This document shows positions 54,918 to 64,000 of a stretch of 64,000 nt of DNA, one piece after another; position 1 is the stretch's first letter; every line of letters begins with the position of its first letter. Below the pieces are notes generated by a model. The model saw only the letters and a program-made list of their open reading frames with translations, was not told where the DNA came from and ran no database searches. Position numbers and translations under genes: made by a program. The DNA comes from Patescibacteria group bacterium (GTDB lineage: Bacteria; Patescibacteriota; Patescibacteriia; UBA1558; UBA10009): NCBI GenBank assembly GCA_041662565.1, contig JBAZSE010000001.1, forward strand, positions 65,084 to 129,083. The letters run 5' to 3'.

Positions 54918-55451
54918 ATGAAAAAAATCCATGTTATCATCTTAATTGTAGTTCTGGCAGCTCTGGGAATTTATCTGCGCCTTTCTCCGCATCCGGCTAA
55001 TTTTGCCCCTATTGGCGCCATTGCCTTGTTTGCCGGGGTTTATTTGCCCAAAAAGTGGGCAATTATTTTGCCCTTAGGCATAATGCTGTTAACTGATTTG
55101 TTTTTGGGTTTTTACGAATGGCAAACCATGTTAACGGTGTATGGTTGTTTAGCCCTGACTTTTTGGGTAGGTGTTAAAATAAAAAACCATAAGAATTTTT
55201 TAACCGTAGCTTCAGCCACAATGGCTACGTCCATTATTTTTTTTATGGCCACCAATTTTGCCGTTTGGGCTTTTTCCGATTGGTATCCTCATAACGCAAC
55301 CGGCCTGGTTTTAAATTATTATCTGGCTATTCCTTTTTTTAGGAACAGCTTGCTTTCGGATTTGTTTTTTACCGGATTTTTATTTGGCAGTTTTGAGATG
55401 GCTCGTTATTTAGCGGTATCTATTCGGCAAAAAAGCAAGTTTATGGTATAA
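54918..55451 (+). CDS. ECF-type S-component-like membrane protein (DUF6580-like), probable corrinoid transporter
   Basis: R..PHPANFAPIGAIALFAG, TNFAVW, AIPFFRN; about six TM helices; in the riboswitch operon. Confidence 0.75.
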   Translation: MKKIHVIILIVVLAALGIYLRLSPHPANFAPIGAIALFAGVYLPKKWAIILPLGIMLLTDLFLGFYEWQTMLTVYGCLALTFWVGVKIKNHKNFLTVASATMATSIIFFMATNFAVWAFSDWYPHNATGLVLNYYLAIPFFRNSLLSDLFFTGFLFGSFEMARYLAVSIRQKSKFMV

Positions 55452-55483
55452 TTTATAGATAATAATAAATTGTTTTTAAGCAT

Positions 55484-56521
55484 ATGACTATCAATGAACT
55501 TTTTGAAATCGCCGTTAAAAAAGGCGCTTCGGATATCCATTTGGTGGTGGGCAAATTTCCTTTATTAAGGATTGATGGCGCGCTTTCGCCCATACCCAAG
55601 GCCGACCAATTTTCGCGCACCACTTTGGAAAAAATGATCTATTCCATTTTAACCCCGGCGCAAAAAGAAAAATTTATTAAGGAGCGGGATTTGGATTTAT
55701 CCTATGAAATAGGCGACGGTTCCAGATTTAGGGTCAATGTTTTTTGGGAAAAAGACAATATCAGTTTGGTGGCTAGAATTATTTCTTCCAAGGTTCCGGA
55801 TATGGAAGATTTAGCCATGCCTCAAGTGGTTTACGAAATGACCAGGGCCAGGCAGGGGCTTATTTTGGTAACCGGTCCAACCGGCAGCGGTAAATCAACC
55901 ACCTTGGCTGCCATGGTTAATTTGATTAATAAGGAAAGAACGGTCAATATTGTGACCTTGGAAGATCCTATAGAATTTTTATTTAATTCCGAAAAAAGCA
56001 TTGTTGTTCAGCGCCAGCTGGGTACGGATATGACTTCTTTTCAAGGTGCTTTAAAACATGTTTTGCGCCAGGATCCGGATGTTATCATGGTGGGTGAAAT
56101 GCGCGATTTGGAAACCATAGCCGCCACCATTACTATTGCCGAAACCGGCCATTTGGTTTTAGCCACCTTGCATACCCATAATGCCGGCCAAACGATTGAT
56201 AGGATTGTGGATGTTTTTCCGCCTTACCAGCAAAATCAAATCCGCTTACAGCTTTCTATGTCTTTAAACGGAGTTATTTCTCAGCAATTATTGCCTAAAG
56301 TGGGCGGTGGTCGGATAGCCGCCAGGGAAGTGTTAATCAATACTCCGGCTATTGCCAATATCATCAGGGAAAATAAAATCCCCCAAATTAAAACCGCCAT
56401 CCAAACCAGCAAGGAAGACGGGATGATAACTTTAGAGCAGGATCTAGCCAGATTGGTGGATAGCAAGCTGGTTGATGAAGAAACAGCGGAATATTATTTG
56501 CAGACCTTGCCGAAGATTTAA
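55484..56521 (+). CDS. pilT: Type IV pilus retraction ATPase
   Basis: ASDIHL, GPTGSGKSTT, EDPIE, LRQDPD, GEMRD, ETGHLV.ATLHT. Confidence 0.93.
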   Translation: MTINELFEIAVKKGASDIHLVVGKFPLLRIDGALSPIPKADQFSRTTLEKMIYSILTPAQKEKFIKERDLDLSYEIGDGSRFRVNVFWEKDNISLVARIISSKVPDMEDLAMPQVVYEMTRARQGLILVTGPTGSGKSTTLAAMVNLINKERTVNIVTLEDPIEFLFNSEKSIVVQRQLGTDMTSFQGALKHVLRQDPDVIMVGEMRDLETIAATITIAETGHLVLATLHTHNAGQTIDRIVDVFPPYQQNQIRLQLSMSLNGVISQQLLPKVGGGRIAAREVLINTPAIANIIRENKIPQIKTAIQTSKEDGMITLEQDLARLVDSKLVDEETAEYYLQTLPKI

Positions 56522-56630
56522 TATTTAATCATGATAAATTTTATTAACCGTCGATGCTTATGCTCGGCGGTTTTAGTTGCTTGATTATTTTAGGTATTTA
56601 TATTAGAATGCAAAAAGTTTGAATAAATCC

Positions 56631-56705
56631 GCCCCTGTGGTGAAATGGATATCACACTTGGCTTCGGACCAAGCGTTTTAGGTTCGAATCCTGACAGGGG
56701 CACCA
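56631..56705 (+). tRNA. tRNA-Arg(UCG)
   Basis: Acceptor GCCCCTG/CAGGGGC, anticodon arm CTTGG-CTTCGGA-CCAAG, CCA. Confidence 0.93.
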
Positions 56706-56734
56706 TCGAGCTCAACTCGACCAATATTAATCCC

Positions 56735-56810
56735 GCGCCATTAGCTCAGTCGGTAGAGCAGTTGCCTCTTAAGCAAACGGTCGCAGGTTCGAATCCTGCA
56801 TGGCGCACCA
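56735..56810 (+). tRNA. tRNA-Lys(CUU)
   Basis: Acceptor GCGCCAT/ATGGCGC, loop CT-CTT-AA, T-arm GCAGG-TTCGAAT-CCTGC, CCA. Confidence 0.95.
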
Positions 56811-56866
56811 ATAATATAAACTAAAAGACCCTTAAATAATTTAAGGGTCTTTTTGGTTAAAAATTT

Positions 56867-58117
56867 TTATCTAATGTAGCCCAGCGGGTTAACGCGTCTG
56901 TTATTGATTCTGACTTCAAAATGCAAGTGCGGTCCGGTGGATCTGCCAGTGGAGCCATTTAAGCCAATAACCTCGCCTCGACCAACTCTTTGACCGACAT
57001 GAACGTTAATTTTTGATAAATGGCCGTATAAAGTTTTAAGGCCGTTGCCATGATTGATAATAATGTAATTGCCGTAACCGCCCCTATTCCAACCGGCTGT
57101 TTCTATAACCCCTGCTTCGGCGGCATAAATGGGTTGCCCCATTTTATTGCCAATATCAATGCCGGTGTGGCGCAAGCTAAAGTATTGAGTCATTCTAAAT
57201 GAATTGGTAGGCCATTGCATTTTGGCTCCGGATATTTTAGCTGCCGCTAGCGTAGTATTGCTTGCGGCGTAAGTTGGTTTAGCGGCCACCGCTTCTTTAA
57301 CCGCGCCAGGAATTATTAAAACCTGGCTGATTTGCATTTCATCGGCTGTTGTTAATTTATTAAAGTCCAAAATTTCCGAGGCGCTGACTTTGTATTTTTT
57401 GGCAATGGCCGCCAATTGGTCACCTTTTTTAACTTTATAGGTAATGCCCGAAACCGGCAAAATTTTTAAGGTTTGCCCGGGACGGATGGTCGAATAAGCG
57501 GTTAAATTATTTTCCCATAAAACAGTATTGGTGGAAATATTAAATTTGCCGGCCACGCCGCTTAAAGTGTCGCCTGGTTGCACCACGTAATCAATAATTT
57601 TATCGCGACGCTTTACCACCACGTTGGGGTCTGTTATATCCGGAGAAATTAAAGCCGATTGGTCTTGGGTGGTGGAAATCAAACTATCAATGCCTTCATT
57701 TTTGGTTGGCCGGCCGATTTCATCGGGTCCAATAGCTCCACCTTCCAGGTAATAATTCGGGGTGGTAGTAGAAAGGGGCCCTTCGGTAATTTCTTCAACG
57801 CCAAAATCGCTTTCCGAAAAAGCGCCTAAATCTTGTAAGGCCTTAAACAGCAAGCTATTGCGGCCGTAGTTTTCGGGTTTTAAGCCGCGGGCAGATAAGC
57901 TGGCGCCAATTAAGGCCACAGCTATAAATGCCATAATTATCAGCGGTCGGTATTCGGCTAAAGGATTTTTGGCAATTTCTTCATCAGCGCCAACGTTTGG
58001 CTTAAAGGGCTTGATAATTTTTCTTAATAAAGAATAAGTCAGCAAAAATGGATAGCGGAAGAAAAATTTATACAGCCAAACAATGGGGGTTTTTAGAAAA
58101 GTGAAAAAAATGGCCAT
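56867..58117 (-). CDS. LysM-domain M23 peptidase
   Basis: Two LysM domains; HTGID, YGHL, STGPHLHFE; RBS ggagg. Confidence 0.93.
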   Translation of the reverse strand: MAIFFTFLKTPIVWLYKFFFRYPFLLTYSLLRKIIKPFKPNVGADEEIAKNPLAEYRPLIIMAFIAVALIGASLSARGLKPENYGRNSLLFKALQDLGAFSESDFGVEEITEGPLSTTTPNYYLEGGAIGPDEIGRPTKNEGIDSLISTTQDQSALISPDITDPNVVVKRRDKIIDYVVQPGDTLSGVAGKFNISTNTVLWENNLTAYSTIRPGQTLKILPVSGITYKVKKGDQLAAIAKKYKVSASEILDFNKLTTADEMQISQVLIIPGAVKEAVAAKPTYAASNTTLAAAKISGAKMQWPTNSFRMTQYFSLRHTGIDIGNKMGQPIYAAEAGVIETAGWNRGGYGNYIIINHGNGLKTLYGHLSKINVHVGQRVGRGEVIGLNGSTGRSTGPHLHFEVRINNRRVNPLGYIR

Positions 58118-58331
58118 TAATCCTCCAAAGGCCTTAATGGATTGGATGATCTTAAGTAAGCCGGAAAGGAGAAATTTTTTAAATTGATCAGAAATAAGGC
58201 GTTTTGGTTACTTTTCTAATAAATTTAATCACTTATACCCTTGAATAAATACCATAAAACTGCCTTTTAGTCAAAAAAATTTTACTTGTCTAAAGCCCAA
58301 GTTTCAGATAGAATAAAGAGTAAATAAAGCT

Positions 58332-60785
58332 ATGACAACATTTTACAATCATCGTGAAATAGAAAAAAAATGGCAGGCCAAATGGGTGGCTGATTCTTTG
58401 TATTCTGCCCAAGATAATTGTAACCCCTCGGCAAGCTCGGGGTACGCTTCGCGTAAAAAGTATATTTTGGATATGTTTCCTTATCCTTCGGGTGATGGCT
58501 TGCATGTTGGCCATCCCGAATCCTATACCGCTACCGACATTATGGCTCGTTACTACCGTTTGCTCGGGTTTAATGTTATGCACCCCATGGGTTGGGATTC
58601 ATTTGGTTTGCCGGCAGAAAATTTTGCCATCAAATCCGGGGTTCATCCGCAAACCACTACCGCCAAAGCCATTGCTAATTTTAGAAAGCAAATTCAAAAT
58701 TTGGGTTTTTCTTATGATTGGGAAAGGGAAGTTAATACTTCTGCGCCGGATTATTACCGTTGGACCCAATGGTTGTTTTTAAAGCTTTACGAAAAAGGGT
58801 TGGCTTACAAAAAGAAAGCACCGGTTAACTGGTGCGATTCGTGTAAAACCGTGCTGGCTAATGAACAGGTGGTAGATGGGGCTTGCGAAAGGTGCTCAAA
58901 TGCAGTAATGCAAAAGGATTTAGAGCAATGGTTTTTTAAAGTCACTCAATATGCCGAAGAATTATTAAGCGAGATTGATAAGATGGATTGGTCCGATGCT
59001 TTAAAGGCAGCGCAACGTAATTGGATCGGTAAAAGCGAGGGAGCCCTGCTCAAGTTCCAAATAACAAGTGGCAATCCACAAAAAAGTTCCAAGTTCCAAG
59101 TTCCAAGTTCCAATTCTGAAATTGAAGTGTTTACTACTCGGCCAGACACTTTGTTTGGGGCGACTTATTTGGTATTGGCACCAGAAAATACCCTGGTAGA
59201 AAAGTTAAAAGTTAAAAGTCAAAACTTAAAAGAAATTGATGCGTATATTAAGCAATCGTCTTTAAAAAGCAATTTGGAAAGAACGGGTTTGGCAAAAGAA
59301 AAAACCGGTGTAGAGCTTAAGGGTGTTATGGCTGTTAATCCGGGCAATAATCAAGAAATGCCTGTTTGGATTGCCGATTATGTTTTAGGCAGTTACGGCA
59401 CGGGAGCTATCATGGCGGTACCGGCCCATGATGAACGCGATTTTGAATTTGCCAAGAAATTTAAGCTGCCGATTGTTAAAGTTATTGAGAACGCTGATTT
59501 CCCGGAATGTTTTTCTGGCAATGGCAAATTGATTAATTCTAAGGATTTTACGGGATTAAATTCCGAAGAAGCCAAGGATAAAATTATCAAATCAGTCGGC
59601 GGGCAAAAAAAGATTCAATACAAAATCCGCGATTGGCTTATTTCGCGCCAGCGCTATTGGGGCGCGCCGATTCCTATTATTTATTGTGAATCTTGCGGCC
59701 TGCAAGCAGTATTGGAAAAAGATTTACCAGTGTTATTGCCAGAAGATGTTGATTTTAGGCCAACAGGCGAATCGCCTTTAGCCAGATCTCAATCATTTCA
59801 TAATGTTCTATGCCCAAAGTGCGGCCAAGCGGCCAGGCGCGAATCCGATACCATGGATACTTTTGTTTGCTCATCTTGGTATTTTTTAAGGTATTGCGAT
59901 CCTAAAAATACCACAGAGGCCTTTGGTAAAGATAAAGTTAAATATTGGCTGCCGGTTGATTTGTATATTGGCGGCATGGAGCACGCGGTTGGCCATTTGA
60001 TTTATTCGCGTTTTATAGTTAAAGCCCTGCGGGATATGGGTTACGTAAATTTTGACGAACCGTTTTTAAAAATCCGCAATCAGGGAATTATTTTAGCCGA
60101 AGACGGCCGAAAAATGAGCAAACGCTGGCATAATGTGATTAATCCCGATGAAGTGGTGGAAGAATACGGCGCCGATAGCATGCGCTTGTACGAAATGTTT
60201 ATGGGTCCGCTGGAAGATATGAAGCCGTGGAGCAGTAAGGGGATTATTGGGGTGCGTAGGTTTTTAGAGAAAGTATATAAATTTGTTGTTGCTTCGAAAA
60301 ATTTTGCGCCTAATAATAATCAGGCAATAGAAAAATCACTCCATAAAACCATAAAAAAGGTTTCCGAAGATATTGAAGCAATTCATTTTAACACAGCCAT
60401 CAGCGCCATGATGATTTTTATTAATGACGCCACTGCTAATCCCAATGGTGTTAGCAAAGAAGCCATAGATAAATTTTTAATTATCTTATCGCCGTTCGCT
60501 CCTCATTTGGCGGAAGAATTATGGTCTGTTTTAGGGCATAATGATTCTGTTACCCGGCAAAAATGGCCAAGCTATGATGCCAAGGCGGTTGTTGATGATG
60601 AAGTAACCATAGCCATACAGATCAATGGAAAATTGCGCGACACTTTGTTAATTGCCAGAGGCATATCGGAAAAAGAACTTAGAACTCAGGTGGAAAATTT
60701 GCCGAATATTAAAAAACATCTGGCCGGTCAGGAAATTAAAAAATTTATCTATATCCAGGATAAGTTGGTTAATATCGTTATTTAA
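58332..60785 (+). CDS. leuS: Leucine--tRNA ligase
   Basis: MFPYPSG.GLHVGH, FTTRPDT editing domain, KMSKR. Confidence 0.98.
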   Translation: MTTFYNHREIEKKWQAKWVADSLYSAQDNCNPSASSGYASRKKYILDMFPYPSGDGLHVGHPESYTATDIMARYYRLLGFNVMHPMGWDSFGLPAENFAIKSGVHPQTTTAKAIANFRKQIQNLGFSYDWEREVNTSAPDYYRWTQWLFLKLYEKGLAYKKKAPVNWCDSCKTVLANEQVVDGACERCSNAVMQKDLEQWFFKVTQYAEELLSEIDKMDWSDALKAAQRNWIGKSEGALLKFQITSGNPQKSSKFQVPSSNSEIEVFTTRPDTLFGATYLVLAPENTLVEKLKVKSQNLKEIDAYIKQSSLKSNLERTGLAKEKTGVELKGVMAVNPGNNQEMPVWIADYVLGSYGTGAIMAVPAHDERDFEFAKKFKLPIVKVIENADFPECFSGNGKLINSKDFTGLNSEEAKDKIIKSVGGQKKIQYKIRDWLISRQRYWGAPIPIIYCESCGLQAVLEKDLPVLLPEDVDFRPTGESPLARSQSFHNVLCPKCGQAARRESDTMDTFVCSSWYFLRYCDPKNTTEAFGKDKVKYWLPVDLYIGGMEHAVGHLIYSRFIVKALRDMGYVNFDEPFLKIRNQGIILAEDGRKMSKRWHNVINPDEVVEEYGADSMRLYEMFMGPLEDMKPWSSKGIIGVRRFLEKVYKFVVASKNFAPNNNQAIEKSLHKTIKKVSEDIEAIHFNTAISAMMIFINDATANPNGVSKEAIDKFLIILSPFAPHLAEELWSVLGHNDSVTRQKWPSYDAKAVVDDEVTIAIQINGKLRDTLLIARGISEKELRTQVENLPNIKKHLAGQEIKKFIYIQDKLVNIVI

Positions 60786-61402
60786 TGGAAATCATCAAAT
60801 TAACTGGTAAAAATCAAGCTTCGATAATCAAACAGGCGGTGGCTGTTTTAAAACAAGGTGGAACAATTATTTATCCTACCGAAACCGCCTATGGTTTGGG
60901 TGCTGATTTTTTAAACCCCTTGGCAGTTAAAAAAGTTTATCAAATTAAAGGCCGGGATTTTAAAAAACCTTTATCGGTCATTGTAGGTTCATTGCCAATG
61001 GCTAAAAAATTGGTTGTTTTTGATAAATTGTCGCTAATTTTAGCTAAAAAACATTGGCCAGGGCCGTTAACTTTAGTTCAAAGCTCAAAACTAAAAACCA
61101 ATAACTTAAAGCCTCAAACTTTGGCACTTAGAGTGTCGTCTAACAAATTAGCAACGGCGATTGTTAAAAAATTAAAAAGTCCGTTAACTGCTACCTCGGC
61201 CAATCTTGCCGGCAAAGGCGAAATATATTCAATTAAAGAAATCGTTAAGCAATTTGGCAAAAAAAAATACCAGCCCGATTTGATTATTGACGGAGGAATT
61301 TTGCCTAAAGTTAAGCCCTCCACTATTGCCAAAGTCAGCAATGGGAAAATTGAAATATTAAGAAAAGGGAAAATTGAGATTTTTTCTTCTCAGAAGTTAT
61401 GA
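60785..61402 (+). CDS. tsaC: L-threonylcarbamoyladenylate synthase (TsaC/YrdC)
   Basis: YPTETAYGL, KGR...KPL, WPGPLT, TSAN. Confidence 0.93.
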   Translation: MEIIKLTGKNQASIIKQAVAVLKQGGTIIYPTETAYGLGADFLNPLAVKKVYQIKGRDFKKPLSVIVGSLPMAKKLVVFDKLSLILAKKHWPGPLTLVQSSKLKTNNLKPQTLALRVSSNKLATAIVKKLKSPLTATSANLAGKGEIYSIKEIVKQFGKKKYQPDLIIDGGILPKVKPSTIAKVSNGKIEILRKGKIEIFSSQKL

Positions 61403-62220
61403 ATCTATTGGAACAAACCCAGTATTTAATCAAAAAAACCGGACTTAAGCCCGATAAGTTAAAAGGCCAGAACTTTTGCATTGATCAGAAAGTTTTAACG
61501 GATATGATTAAGGCCTCGGGTTTAACCAACAAGGATAATGTTTTGGAAGTTGGGCCGGGTTTTGGATTTTTAACCGCGGAGCTGGTCAAAAAAGCCGCTC
61601 ATGTTACGGCCGTGGAATTGGAACCTGCTTTATTTAAGATAATAAAAAATATGCAGGCGGTTCATAATAATTTGCAAGCAATAGAAGGGGATATTTTAAA
61701 AATAAACGATAATCGTTTGCCAAGCGAGCCATATAAAATAATCGCCAATTTGCCTTATGGCATAACTTCGGCTTTTTTAAAAAAGTTTTTAACTTCTTCC
61801 CAAAAACCGCAAAGCATAACCTTGTTAATCCAAAAAGAAGTGGCCGAAAGGATCTGCGCACCAGCCGGGCAGTTAAGTTTGCTAGGGATTTCTGTTCAGC
61901 TTTACGCTCAGCCAAAAATTATGGGCATTGTTTTGCCTAAATCATTTTGGCCCATGCCGGCGGTTAATTCGGCCATTATCAATATTTCCTCTATCCGGCC
62001 ATTTCCTTATGATGATGTGGCAGAAGAAGTTTTTTGGCGCACTGTTAGAGCCGGTTTTTGCGCCAAACGCAAGACCTTGCAGAATAATTTGGCCAACAGT
62101 TTTCATATTTCTAAAGAACAGGCCTTAAAACTGCTTAATTCGGCAAATTTAGCGCCATTAATTAGGGCGCAAGAATTATCTGTAAAAGATTGGCATACTT
62201 TATCATTACTTGTTGATTGA
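61399..62220 (+). CDS. rsmA: 16S rRNA adenine dimethyltransferase
   Basis: GQNF, EVGPG.G.LT, ANLPY.IT, QKEVAER. Confidence 0.95.
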   Translation: MNLLEQTQYLIKKTGLKPDKLKGQNFCIDQKVLTDMIKASGLTNKDNVLEVGPGFGFLTAELVKKAAHVTAVELEPALFKIIKNMQAVHNNLQAIEGDILKINDNRLPSEPYKIIANLPYGITSAFLKKFLTSSQKPQSITLLIQKEVAERICAPAGQLSLLGISVQLYAQPKIMGIVLPKSFWPMPAVNSAIINISSIRPFPYDDVAEEVFWRTVRAGFCAKRKTLQNNLANSFHISKEQALKLLNSANLAPLIRAQELSVKDWHTLSLLVD

Positions 62221-62268
62221 CGTTAACTCGCTTTTTCTGCTATAATTTACCCATCAGCAAGCCACTTT

Positions 62269-63105
62269 ATGATTGATCAACTATCAGGAAAATTTGAGTT
62301 TGACGAAGAAAATAATGAGCTTCAAAGCCCCTTAACCGATGATATTTATCAAGAGCCGGTTGGGTCAAAAAGCCAAAAAACCGAAATAAAACCCGGTTTT
62401 ATCGTTGGCGCGCTGGCTTTGTTGACAATCACCGGTTTATTCTTTACAATTACCAGTTGGTTTAATGCCTTAAAAATCCCTTTTATCGCTCGTAATAACA
62501 CGGCACTTGAAAATGTAAATAATGATCTAAATTTAACTAATAGTGATGTAGCAAATTTGCTGGAAGCCAAGCAAAAAGATACGGATTCAGACGGTTTAAA
62601 CGATTATGATGAGCTGTATGTTTACAAAACTTCGCCTTACATACCGGATAGTGATTCGGATGGCAACACGGATGGGGCAGAGGTAAAAAACGGCACTAAT
62701 CCCAATTGCCCGATCGGCCAAGATTGTGCCCAAAATTCACTGGTTACAACACCGGCTTTATCCAATCTGCCTACTTCCATGGATAATTTAACGCCCGATC
62801 AGATTCGTTCTATTTTACTTTCAGCGGGCGTGGCAGAGGCGGATTTAAAAAATGTGGATGATACTGCTTTACAGCAAATGTATCAGGAAGTATTGCAAGA
62901 AAGCGCCAAGCAAAATACCAATTCAGATACTACCGGTTTAACCGAACTGCAACCGGCTGATTATGAGGCCATAACACCTGATCAGTTGCGCGCGTTATTA
63001 ATTGATCAAGGGGCCAGCGCCGAAGATGTTAAGGATTTATCGGATACTGATTTGCAAGCCCTGTGGAATCAGGTTTTAACAGAGGCACAGAGTAACAGTA
63101 ACTAG
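62269..63105 (+). CDS. Membrane-anchored protein with DxDxDG (thrombospondin-3-like) repeats
   Basis: One TM helix; DTDSDGLNDYDE, DSDSDGNTDGAE; duplicated TPDQ.R..L...G helical module. Confidence 0.75.
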   Translation: MIDQLSGKFEFDEENNELQSPLTDDIYQEPVGSKSQKTEIKPGFIVGALALLTITGLFFTITSWFNALKIPFIARNNTALENVNNDLNLTNSDVANLLEAKQKDTDSDGLNDYDELYVYKTSPYIPDSDSDGNTDGAEVKNGTNPNCPIGQDCAQNSLVTTPALSNLPTSMDNLTPDQIRSILLSAGVAEADLKNVDDTALQQMYQEVLQESAKQNTNSDTTGLTELQPADYEAITPDQLRALLIDQGASAEDVKDLSDTDLQALWNQVLTEAQSNSN

Positions 63106-63122
63106 TTACTACTACCTAAATT

Positions 63123-64000
63123 ATGATAAATAAAAAGAAAATCAGCATTTTTTTTCTAACGGCTGTTTTTCTTTTTGTTTTAGCTAATTTTTTGTTTGTA
63201 TTTAATCAGGCCTTAGCTCAAGCCGCTGATCCTTTAAGCCCGGCAATCCTTTTACAGCAAAAGTTGCAGAATTTAACTTTAGAGCGCATGGCCGCTGTTG
63301 ATCAAAAGGATAGTATTAGCTTGCAAGTCATTGATGCTCAAATTAAGGCAACAAAGTATCAGCAAAAAATTCAGTGGTTAAAGGATACCGCAAGAACGAT
63401 TTGGAAAGAAGGGGTTTTGAGGGCCGGTAAAATCGCTTATAAAAATGCTTTAAGAACCTTTTTATCCCGTATTGCTTATGATACAGCCACTCGTTTAGCC
63501 GAAGGCGGTATTGGTAAATCACCCTTGTTTGATATTAAGGGCCTAAGCGCTTTGGTGGATGATGTTTATCAAACAACTTTGGCCGATACCTTAAGCGTTT
63601 TAGCCAGCACCAATGGCTTTTTTAATTTTGATGTTTGTCAACCATCGGATATTAATTTGAGTTTGGCCATTCAGTATTCGCTGTTCGGCAATTTTAACGG
63701 TCGCGGACCAAGAGGCGCGCCTAAGTGTACTTTTAGACAAATCAGCGAACGCTGGGATGAATGGTGGGGTTCAAATGTTAAAGATAACACCCAGAATTTT
63801 TTGCAGAATTTTAAGGCCGCTTTTGATCCGGCTCAAACCGATGCGGGAATTTATTTAACTTTGGATTCTTCCATTAGATCCCGTTTGCAAGATGAAAAAA
63901 CCAAAAAGTTATTTGATTCTATTAACCGCGATGGCATTCAACCAATTACCGAACCAATTAGCGGATTTATTAAAACTCCGGTTGCCATTACCAAATCCGG
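63123..64000 (+). CDS. Large secreted/membrane protein, 3'-truncated (not in the ORF track)
   Basis: Frame from ATG 63123 (MINKKKISIFFLTAVFLF...) appears open to the window end; signal peptide. Confidence 0.7.
   Translation, partial: MINKKKISIFFLTAVFLFVLANFLFVFNQALAQAADPLSPAILLQQKLQNLTLERMAAVDQKDSISLQVIDAQIKATKYQQKIQWLKDTARTIWKEGVLRAGKIAYKNALRTFLSRIAYDTATRLAEGGIGKSPLFDIKGLSALVDDVYQTTLADTLSVLASTNGFFNFDVCQPSDINLSLAIQYSLFGNFNGRGPRGAPKCTFRQISERWDEWWGSNVKDNTQNFLQNFKAAFDPAQTDAGIYLTLDSSIRSRLQDEKTKKLFDSINRDGIQPITEPISGFIKTPVAITKS

Noticed and set aside
1-64000. Alternative genetic code or prophage
   Set aside because: Conserved genes are full length in code 11 and TGA acts as a stop; no phage structural genes were recognised.

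Overview
Bacterial genomic DNA, standard code, AT-rich. Gene content and style (rpsO-NYN-pnp, Xer recombinase, RRM protein, PilT, large secreted proteins, tRNAs with encoded CCA) suggest a Patescibacteria/CPR genome; this is inference. Housekeeping genes include pnp, rpsO, iscS, ldh, nrdJ, pilT, leuS, tsaC, rsmA and four tRNAs. Four regions stand out. (1) At the tRNA-His 3' end lies a tandem array of two-gene modules with one fixed layout (repeat A - cargo - repeat B - cargo - repeat C) and no intact integrase; repeat B looks like a relic of a serine-recombinase 3' end. (2) A small GIY-YIG gene bounded by two long hairpins exactly fills the gap between tRNA-Arg and tRNA-His. (3) A ~10 kb peptide-ligation/modification cluster encodes four ATP-grasp domains, an M49-like peptidase, a MurL-like enzyme, a PLP decarboxylase and a SET methyltransferase, followed by an unannotated 38-aa Asp/Glu peptide. 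(4) A cobalamin-riboswitch operon next to B12-dependent nrdJ encodes a secreted protein with transcobalamin-like architecture, CobO and an ECF-type S-component. All family calls come from motif recognition by eye; no database searches were run.
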